A DNA stretch of 28,121 nucleotides from positions 1 through 28,121 of the IMG/VR virus record IMGVR_UViG_3300030376_002572. One strand, given 5' to 3'. The translations under genes and the position numbers were made by a program. This document shows positions 1-6,837 of the stretch, piece by piece. Below the pieces are notes generated by a model. The model was not told the origin of the DNA, did not search any database, and was given only the letters and a program-made list of their open reading frames with translations. Position 1 is the first letter of the stretch. Each line of letters begins with the position of its first letter. This DNA comes from a virus (Duplodnaviria; Caudoviricetes).

Positions 1-96
1 ATAGCAGGCGTAGATTATTCACAATTAGATAGTACAGAATTTACAGATAATATGCCAAAAGAGCATGTCGCAGATACAGAAACACTTAAATTATAA
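1..96 (+). CDS. 3' end of a small hypothetical protein (partial): IAGVDYSQLDSTEFTDNMPKEHVADTETLKL*
   Basis: Frame 1 is open to TAA at 94-96; similar to the C-terminal part of the ORF running off the right end of the window. Confidence 0.6.
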   Translation: MAGVDYSQLDSTEFTDNMPKEHVADTETLKL

Positions 97-165
97 AGTT
101 GTAAGTCCTGTGTGACCTTCTAAAAGGAGATTGCCATTTCCTTAATTCCAGGCACACAGGCAACC

Positions 166-173
166 GATAAATA
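166..173 (+). promoter_or_regulatory. GATAAATA box (T4-late-like promoter)
   Basis: Intergenic; the 13-mer caaccgataaata (161-173) recurs exactly at 25274-25286. Confidence 0.55.
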
Positions 174-267
174 TTATTACATTATAATATAGACAGTTAA
201 AGAGGTAAAGTGTCCACTAACAACTGTCGGTAGTAAAGATGGGTCTTTACATTATTATATTTTCCTT

Positions 268-300
268 AAAGCCGGATAAGTCAAGCGATCCGGCTTTTTT
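268..300 (+). terminator. Rho-independent terminator
   Basis: Stem aaagccggat (268-277) / atccggcttt (288-297), T-run 295-300. Confidence 0.8.
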
Positions 301-307
301 ATGAGCC

Positions 308-339
308 AAAAAAATACCCACGTAATTGTGGGTATCTTT
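308..339 (-). terminator. Rho-independent terminator on the minus strand
   Basis: Minus strand reads atacccac-aattac-gtgggtat followed by a T-run. Confidence 0.7.
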
Positions 340-386
340 AACCGTTGTTTTACATCGGTGTTTGCAAGTTAGGACAAGCAATATTA

Positions 387-414
387 ATTATAACATGTTT
401 TAATGATTTGTCAA
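387..414 (-). promoter_or_regulatory. Sigma70 consensus promoter, leftward
   Basis: Minus strand TTGACA (414-409), 16-nt spacer ending TGT (extended -10), TATAAT (392-387). Confidence 0.7.
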
Positions 415-440
415 CAAAAGTGGCAAAATATTGCTAAAAG

Positions 441-448
441 GATAAATA
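441..448 (+). promoter_or_regulatory. GATAAATA box upstream of the portal/head operon
   Basis: The 16-mer aaaaggataaatagta (436-451) is identical at 15528-15543; 36 nt before the portal start. Confidence 0.65.
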
Positions 449-484
449 GTAATACCATATGACAATGTAGCACGGAGATAACAA

Positions 485-2191
485 TTGGCGAAACAAAATT
501 ATCACGAATTCATAACTAGCAGAAATCCACTGTACCACAAGTACTATCAGGACTGGGAACTAGCAGTTCGCAGTTACTATGGAGGACAGTCCTACAGAGA
601 TGGCAAGTATCTCAAGGCTTATGCTAGTGATTATAGCACTAATTCAGAAACAATCAATACATACGATCTAGACGGTGATGGTAACACTATAGGTGTTAGA
701 AAAGCAGTTGCACACAATGTAAACACACCACAAGAAGCAAACAGTGGTGTTGATTTAAGTAACTACTACCAGGAAAAGTTAGCCAATGTGCCAGTATTTC
801 CGTATACTAGATTATACATATCAGAATATAACGCAATGTTGTTTAGGGTACCACCACAACGTACATTGCCAGATACACCAGAAGTAAATGAATTCCTAAA
901 CAATTCAGACGGAGATCAAAACAGTCTGAACGAGTTCATGAGTATGGTAGACACATTTACAAGTGCATTTGGTGTTGTATGGGTAAGTTGTATCAAGCCC
1001 ACAGACAGCCAGTATCCTAAATGGAGAATGCATAAACCAACAGATGTAACCAATTGGAGTTACAAGTACACCACAAGCGGAGATCTTGTTTTAGACCAGA
1101 TCGTAATACGCATAGCAGAAGATTATAACGCAGAAATTTATCAAGTAATATCAGACGATTACATAGACACCATATTCATTGCAATAGATCCGGAAGAAGA
1201 TATCAGAGTACCAGAAGGTGCTGAATACATTCCGGGAGACGATGATTATGATGGATATCACAGAATACGCCAGCCTAATGAGTTAGGTACGGCCTCAATC
1301 GTAAGACCCGTGTATCAGAGTACGCCCATCGTGCAGGGCATAGGCCATACGCCTATCTTTGATATCGCACAAATACAACGTAGTGTTTACAGTCTCGCTG
1401 GAGAGCAATATAGTGCCGTGTCATATGGCCTACATCCTGTAAACGTAGTTGATGAAGAAACGTTTAATCGAAATGGATCGAGCGTGGGTGCAGAGCCTGG
1501 ATCACTAGTTATAACTGGTAACAGTCTCGACGGGCAACCTAATTACACATATGAATTTGTTAGTCCTGATTTAAGTAGTCTGTCAGAGATAAGAACTATA
1601 ATGGATCAGCAAATTGATAAAATGAACCAGGTTGCAATGATTAGATCAGAAGATCTAATAAAAGCCAGCCGTTCAGGTGCACAAATAGAGCAGTATGATA
1701 GTAAATTAGAAGCATTTATCCGTAAAAAAGCAACCAGCATGGAGAATGCAGAATATAACTTATGGAATATATGGTTTGCCTGGATGGGACAGGATATGCC
1801 AGAAGACTTTGCAATAAGTTACAACAGATTATACAATCAGAAAGGATTGGAAACAGAAATTAAAGAAATAGATACATTGTTAAATGTATATGAAAGATAC
1901 TCACAAGTATTTACAGAACAAGAATTTACAGCCATGTCCTACCCTACAGAAGCAGAAGCACAAGCAGAAGCAGAAAGATTAGGCGGTTCAGGCACACATA
2001 GCCATGAACAAGAGGACGGTTCAGTAATTTACATGCCATTCACTACACATGAAGAGTATGAGTTAAGAATGGAAATGCAAACAGGTGTTGATATGACAGA
2101 AACACCACAATTTAAAACAGAATTACAAGATAAGTTGAAAGCCAGGTTAAAACAACTGGTAGATTCAACTTATACTAATAATAGCCTGTAA
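485..2191 (+). CDS. Portal protein (SPP1 gp6-like)
   Basis: 568 aa, TTG start with GGAG RBS, first gene of the head module; portal-like motifs (SYYGG, LFRVPPQR, DIAQIQRSVY, SGAQI, MENAEYNLW). Confidence 0.85.
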   Translation: MAKQNYHEFITSRNPLYHKYYQDWELAVRSYYGGQSYRDGKYLKAYASDYSTNSETINTYDLDGDGNTIGVRKAVAHNVNTPQEANSGVDLSNYYQEKLANVPVFPYTRLYISEYNAMLFRVPPQRTLPDTPEVNEFLNNSDGDQNSLNEFMSMVDTFTSAFGVVWVSCIKPTDSQYPKWRMHKPTDVTNWSYKYTTSGDLVLDQIVIRIAEDYNAEIYQVISDDYIDTIFIAIDPEEDIRVPEGAEYIPGDDDYDGYHRIRQPNELGTASIVRPVYQSTPIVQGIGHTPIFDIAQIQRSVYSLAGEQYSAVSYGLHPVNVVDEETFNRNGSSVGAEPGSLVITGNSLDGQPNYTYEFVSPDLSSLSEIRTIMDQQIDKMNQVAMIRSEDLIKASRSGAQIEQYDSKLEAFIRKKATSMENAEYNLWNIWFAWMGQDMPEDFAISYNRLYNQKGLETEIKEIDTLLNVYERYSQVFTEQEFTAMSYPTEAEAQAEAERLGGSGTHSHEQEDGSVIYMPFTTHEEYELRMEMQTGVDMTETPQFKTELQDKLKARLKQLVDSTYTNNSL

Positions 2192-2261
2192 AAAGGCAAG
2201 GTAGGGAGTAGCATTACACCCGTAAACGAAAATACGTTTACTTCTACGATAAAAGGAGATA

Positions 2262-3107
2262 ATGATGGAAGCATCAAATGACACGGCAGTTCAGCCCGAA
2301 ATAGTTGAACCAGTAACAGATTCTGCAAATCCTGTCGCTACTGAGCAATCAGTTGCAACTGAGACTAAATCTGATAATAACACAACACCTAGTGTTGAGG
2401 TCAAGGACGGTAAAACATTTGTTAATGGAGTCAGAGTATATACTCGAGACGATACTAACAAGATTGCCGCTAATGCTAAAAACGAGGTTCAAAAGAATAT
2501 TCTTAATGAGCTTAATGTAGACAGCATAGACCAAGTGAAACAAGTTGTTTCTACCCTTCAAGAGGTTAATCCTAATGAAGGTAGTAGCCTAAACGTTGAC
2601 TCATTGAGAGATGCAGTTAAAAAACGTGAAGCAACAGTAGAGGAACTTAAATCGCAAGTAAACAGTCTAAAGACTGACTTGATGTTGAAAGACCATATGG
2701 GTCAATTGCAAAGTGCTATGCCAGGTAACTGGTCAGCACAACAGAAAGAGTCTGTAATCAAATTAATGAAAGCAGATGGTATGTTAGCAGTTGAAGGTGA
2801 TACATTTGCTATAAGAAACGGAAACGACTTCTTAACAACAGATGGAGAAACACCAGATTATGCTAAAGCAATTGAACTTGTAGGTAAGGATAAATTAGGT
2901 TTATCTTTTGGTAAAAAAGGTGTTGACGTACAGTACGGTGAAACCGGCGTAAGTGAAGCAGGACAAGGTCCTAAAGCATATAACGTTGATAAAGTAACAA
3001 CCGATACTGAATACAGATCGGCGTATATGAGAATACGTCAAAATCAGCCTGGTCTGAACAAATCTAAAATAACCGACGCAATGGTTAAAAAGGAAATGCA
3101 AAGATAA
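2262..3107 (+). CDS. Capsid scaffolding protein
   Basis: Between portal and capsid genes; acidic low-complexity N-terminus, YTRDD motif, coiled coil, basic C-terminal helix; AAGGAG RBS. Confidence 0.75.
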   Translation: MMEASNDTAVQPEIVEPVTDSANPVATEQSVATETKSDNNTTPSVEVKDGKTFVNGVRVYTRDDTNKIAANAKNEVQKNILNELNVDSIDQVKQVVSTLQEVNPNEGSSLNVDSLRDAVKKREATVEELKSQVNSLKTDLMLKDHMGQLQSAMPGNWSAQQKESVIKLMKADGMLAVEGDTFAIRNGNDFLTTDGETPDYAKAIELVGKDKLGLSFGKKGVDVQYGETGVSEAGQGPKAYNVDKVTTDTEYRSAYMRIRQNQPGLNKSKITDAMVKKEMQR

Positions 3108-3121
3108 GGCAGGATATAACC

Positions 3122-3180
3122 GAATTAGATTAATCTAATTCATACATAAAATAGAAAAATAGTTAATTATAATTAACTAT
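3122..3180. repeat. Two perfect AT-rich palindromes (20 bp and 22 bp)
   Basis: gaattagattaatctaattc 3122-3141; atagttaattataattaactat 3159-3180. Confidence 0.9.
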
Positions 3181-3196
3181 CTACAGGAGAAATATT

Positions 3197-4102
3197 ATGG
3201 CCTATTCAACAGGTTCAGATACAATTGCTCAAATGTATGCAGATATTGTCCAAGACTTAGTACCTTACTATCTTGACAAAACGTTACTACAGAACTCTGC
3301 TATCATCAGAATGCAATTAAACGTAGAAGGACAAGGCGGTGGACAAATTAGAATTCCAGTTGCTACAGTCCCAACAGCGGCGGCTACTATTGCGGAAGGG
3401 GATTCAATCCTTGCCGGTTCAAATGGTAACTTAACGCCAGTAGCGGCAAATGTCGTATTTGCTAAAAGAGGAGCGGCTTCAGACGTAACTCAAGAAGCAG
3501 TAGAAGATGGATTATTTGATAACGTAGTTGGTGCTACACTAGACAGATTGTCAGGTGTTTTAGCAACAGGTACAGACTCAGCAGGTACAGCCTTAATGAA
3601 AACATCTTTCACAAATAACGATGGTGTAACAGGTGCTAACGTTAAGTTCACACAATCATTTATTATGTCACCAGACGCTATGGCATTTGGTACAGCCAGA
3701 ACTCCAACAGTCAACACATGGTTCAACCCTAACCTTGACCTACATGAGTTCAGAGCAACAACAAGAAATGGTTTCACAGTACTAGACAGCAGATTTGGTA
3801 GAACAATTGTATCTAAGAAATTAGGTGAGACAACAGCTCAACCAGAAGCAAACGTAGAAGCGATTGCAACATCAGTTGCTAACTTAAGAGCCGTAAATGC
3901 ACCAGTAGGCGCAGATGGAAATTACGTTGGTGTTATTGATGCAGGACTAGAACTTGCAATTAATAAACAAATCGCAGGTGTAGGTGGATCTACAGTTGGA
4001 GCACTAAGTGATATTGGTAACAACGCATTGAGAAATGCTTTTGCATCAGTATTAGCAGGATGTACTCTATATAGAAGTAATCTATTACCAGACGCATCTT
4101 AA
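3197..4102 (+). CDS. Major capsid protein (HK97-like fold, apparently permuted element order)
   Basis: 301 aa after the scaffold; E-loop GGQIRIP..IAEG, spine helix LDRLSGVLATGTD, A-domain NLRAVNAP..NYVGVID and LAGCTLYRSNLLP; AGGAG RBS. Confidence 0.85.
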   Translation: MAYSTGSDTIAQMYADIVQDLVPYYLDKTLLQNSAIIRMQLNVEGQGGGQIRIPVATVPTAAATIAEGDSILAGSNGNLTPVAANVVFAKRGAASDVTQEAVEDGLFDNVVGATLDRLSGVLATGTDSAGTALMKTSFTNNDGVTGANVKFTQSFIMSPDAMAFGTARTPTVNTWFNPNLDLHEFRATTRNGFTVLDSRFGRTIVSKKLGETTAQPEANVEAIATSVANLRAVNAPVGADGNYVGVIDAGLELAINKQIAGVGGSTVGALSDIGNNALRNAFASVLAGCTLYRSNLLPDAS

Positions 4103-4119
4103 TTTGAGGAGATGATTTA

Positions 4120-4692
4120 ATGGCATTTATAACAGACGGCGGTGGTACAGTAATTTCTTTTGCAGAATACACTGATGTAGTACAAAAAGACCAACGTATA
4201 TTCGAGAGTAATAACCTTAAGATACCAGAGGAATCAGGTTTCGTAAGTGTACAAGACTATGTAGAAAATATGTTGCAAAAAAGTACTGATCGTATACTGT
4301 TAAAAATGAAAACATCAGCATGGTGGAGTACTTATAACAATTATGTAGGCAGTTCCTTTGAATTTAACAACTTACCCAGTGTAAACCCAAATCGTATAGA
4401 TCCAAGTAACACACTAGGTAGACAGCAACAATTCACAGATATGACTGTTTACTATTGTATTAAGGAATACATCGCGCCTTTGTTTGCCGAATTTGGTAAC
4501 GACGAGTCCCCAGAAGTAGCAAAAATACAATACTATGACGCTAAATTTAATGACATCTTTCAGGAGTTATTAAGTGTTGCAGATTGGTATGATGCTGACG
4601 GAGACGGTACAGTTGAAACCAATGAGAAATTAACAACATTTGCCAGAACAAGACGATCAAGGTCTAAAAACACTATTGTGGTGGTAAGATAA
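4120..4692 (+). CDS. Head-tail adaptor/connector (putative)
   Basis: Directly after the capsid gene, 190 aa, helical; C-terminal DADGDG motif. Confidence 0.6.
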   Translation: MAFITDGGGTVISFAEYTDVVQKDQRIFESNNLKIPEESGFVSVQDYVENMLQKSTDRILLKMKTSAWWSTYNNYVGSSFEFNNLPSVNPNRIDPSNTLGRQQQFTDMTVYYCIKEYIAPLFAEFGNDESPEVAKIQYYDAKFNDIFQELLSVADWYDADGDGTVETNEKLTTFARTRRSRSKNTIVVVR

Positions 4693-5090
4693 TGAGTAAA
4701 AGATCAGATTTAATAACTCAGATCACAACTAACTTATCTGCACACAGCAATTCTGTTTCAATAAGTCAGGAGTTACCATTCGATTCGGGTGGTAACCCTC
4801 TTTATGAGAAAAACCCTAACGTCATATATGTAGATGAGCAACAATTAGCAGTAGAACAGTTGTACAGAACCCTGGATCAGGGCGATGTTAACCAGACTAC
4901 TACAACTATTAATGCTTATTTTACAACAGATGCCAAAAATCAGCTCAGTGATATTAATACCGTTGTTTCAAATCTGTTAATTGCCAGGAATGCAATTACA
5001 TCAGTTACAGATAGTAACAGTGATTACGAGACTGAAATAACAGATGACAAAATAACTTATACGTTCGCGTATAACTTCATAACCATATAG
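4692..5090 (+). CDS. Tail terminator/completion protein (putative)
   Basis: 132 aa immediately before the tail tube; N-terminal helix then beta-rich; TAATG coupling. Confidence 0.55.
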   Translation: MSKRSDLITQITTNLSAHSNSVSISQELPFDSGGNPLYEKNPNVIYVDEQQLAVEQLYRTLDQGDVNQTTTTINAYFTTDAKNQLSDINTVVSNLLIARNAITSVTDSNSDYETEITDDKITYTFAYNFITI

Positions 5091-5100
5091 GAGAAATAAC

Positions 5101-5580
5101 ATGGCAGGAGTAATTAATGTAACTAGCGGTTCACAAGCGATCCTCACATTAGGTAACAGTATAACACTAGCGGCTCCAGGAGCAACTAACGGATTTGTCG
5201 TACCCTTGGTACAAGACATTTCGGTTTCAACCGCTCCAGGAACTGTAAGATATTCAACTTTAGACAGCACATCAAGTAGTGCTTTCACAACAGTTGTAGA
5301 GAATGAAATATCATTTAACATGTTGTTAGATGACGATGCATTCTTTGGTCTTACTAATGCCCATAATACAGTAGCAGATGCTGGATTATGGACTACGTCA
5401 AATAGCAAAACAGAAGTATTCTTCAGTGTTGCATTTGAAGGCGCAGACTCTAGTGATTATTACTTACACGGTAAAGGCTTCATTGGCGGATTGGCACCTA
5501 GTGCTAGTATCGACCAAGCAGTCTGGATCTCACCGGGATCAATTATCGTTAATGGTGATTTAACCAAAGCAACCGTTTAG
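5101..5580 (+). CDS. Major tail (tube) protein
   Basis: 159 aa; tube-like pattern VQDISVS..GKGFIGGLAPSASID..IIVNGD; AGGAG RBS; followed by a terminator. Confidence 0.8.
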   Translation: MAGVINVTSGSQAILTLGNSITLAAPGATNGFVVPLVQDISVSTAPGTVRYSTLDSTSSSAFTTVVENEISFNMLLDDDAFFGLTNAHNTVADAGLWTTSNSKTEVFFSVAFEGADSSDYYLHGKGFIGGLAPSASIDQAVWISPGSIIVNGDLTKATV

Positions 5581-5594
5581 TAATTAAACATAGT

Positions 5595-5622
5595 ACACCC
5601 TCAGCAATGGGGGTGTTCTTTT
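5595..5622 (+). terminator. Rho-independent terminator after the tail tube gene
   Basis: acaccctca-GCAA-tgggggtgt followed by tctttt. Confidence 0.8.
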
Positions 5623-5634
5623 AAAGGAATTATT

Positions 5635-5895
5635 ATGGAAGAACAAGTACATAAAATAGCAAACAGATGTATAGTTGATGGTAAATGGACCATGGACACA
5701 TACGATGTTGTTATAGATGGAGAGACACATGATTTTAGAGATCTTGCAAAACAGCATGGTATTAAAATGGGCTCAAAATCTAAAAAAACAATAAATACAG
5801 ATATAGAGGAAGAAAGTTATGGAGATATGGGACAAGCACCAGACTCAGGAAGTGCTGAAGAGCATGGAAACGGAGATAGCGAAGGCTCAGAATGA
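5635..5895 (+). CDS. Hypothetical protein, 86 aa
   Basis: AAGGA RBS; its 3' part overlaps the next ORF in another frame. Confidence 0.6.
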   Translation: MEEQVHKIANRCIVDGKWTMDTYDVVIDGETHDFRDLAKQHGIKMGSKSKKTINTDIEEESYGDMGQAPDSGSAEEHGNGDSEGSE

Positions 5896-5995
5896 ACTTA
5901 GATGTGCAGGCGGTGATATAACCAAAGCACACAAACGTATTGCATTTTGTTTAAGTGCATTACACAATTTGAAAAAAAGAGATATAAAGGAATAA
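5819..5995 (+). CDS. Small coiled-coil protein, 58 aa (not in ORF track): MEIWDKHQTQEVLKSMETEIAKAQNELRCAGGDITKAHKRIAFCLSALHNLKKRDIKE
   Basis: GAGGA RBS at 5806-5810; ATAAATA at 5791-5797 upstream; ends 4 nt before the chaperone gene. Confidence 0.7.
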   Translation: MEIWDKHQTQEVLKSMETEIAKAQNELRCAGGDITKAHKRIAFCLSALHNLKKRDIKE

Positions 5996-5999
5996 AGAT

Positions 6000-6296
6000 A
6001 TGAAATTAAGCGAATTAGCAAAACAACCACAATTACAAAAAATTGTCATAACTGACAAACCCATAGTAGAAAAATATGGTGAAGAGTTAGAATTTTTTAT
6101 TTATGACAGACAACCATTAGATATATTCACTAAATTAGCGGCCGCTAGTACAGAAAATACTGGCAGTTATATTGATTTATTGGCAGATATAATTATGGAC
6201 GAAGAAGGTAATAAAATTATAAGTGATAATCACGTGTTACCCATGGATGTGTTAACAGAAGCACTTAAATTAATTGGCGAACATCTGGGAAAGTAA
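6000..6296 (+). CDS. Tail assembly chaperone (gpG-like)
   Basis: Upstream of the tape measure gene; ends ...L-G-K* over the slippery site G GGA AAG. Confidence 0.85.
   Translation: MKLSELAKQPQLQKIVITDKPIVEKYGEELEFFIYDRQPLDIFTKLAAASTENTGSYIDLLADIIMDEEGNKIISDNHVLPMDVLTEALKLIGEHLGK
6287..6293 (+). promoter_or_regulatory. -1 programmed frameshift site GGGAAAG
   Basis: Same heptamer as the lambda G/GT site, in the correct phase just before the stop; the -1 frame stays open for 84 codons. Confidence 0.9.
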
Positions 6297-6547
6297 CATC
6301 GCATTACATTTCCGTAGAAGGAGATCCAAGTACTAATGCATTACTCTTAATAGATAGTGTATGTAGAAGATATGGTGTTTTACCTAGCAAGTTGTTGTTA
6401 GAAGCAGATTCTTTTGATGTAATGGTATTTGATGTAGCATTAAAATGGGAAAGAATGCAACAAAGCCAACAAGATGGTAAGGTAGATACATCAATGTATA
6501 GCCAAGAAGAATTACAGAGCATTATGAAAAAGGTTAAAGGAAAATGA
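6293..6547 (+). CDS. gpT-like extension of the frameshifted chaperone (fusion about 182 aa, 6000-6547)
   Basis: -1 frame VTSHYISVEGDPSTNALLLIDSVCRRYGVLPSKLL...VKGK*; its TGA overlaps the next ATG. Confidence 0.85.
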   Translation, partial: VTSHYISVEGDPSTNALLLIDSVCRRYGVLPSKLLLEADSFDVMVFDVALKWERMQQSQQDGKVDTSMYSQEELQSIMKKVKGK

Positions 6548-6837
6548 AAGTTAAAATAAACACTAAAGGATTTTTTAATTTAAAAGATAAGTTAGAAGAT
6601 TTACCTGATGAAAGTATGAAAGATGCTTATAAAACATATTTGGAAAATACTCCTGTACGATCTGGTAATGCTAGAAATAAAACAAAATTAGATACAAGGA
6701 ATAATACAATTAACAGTAATTATGATTATGCAAGTGCGTTGAACTCAGGCAGAAGTAAACAATCTCCTAAAGGCTTTACAAATCCTGCAATAAAAAAATT
6801 ACAACAAGTTATTTCTCAAAAAATAGGTAAATTATAA
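6544..6837 (+). CDS. HK97 gp10-like neck/tail component
   Basis: Basic 97 aa with TPVRSGNARN and YASALNSGRSKQSP motifs. Confidence 0.75.
   Translation: MKVKINTKGFFNLKDKLEDLPDESMKDAYKTYLENTPVRSGNARNKTKLDTRNNTINSNYDYASALNSGRSKQSPKGFTNPAIKKLQQVISQKIGKL

Noticed and set aside
5378-5563. 61-aa alternative-frame ORF
   Set aside because: It lies entirely within the tail tube gene and has no supporting signals.
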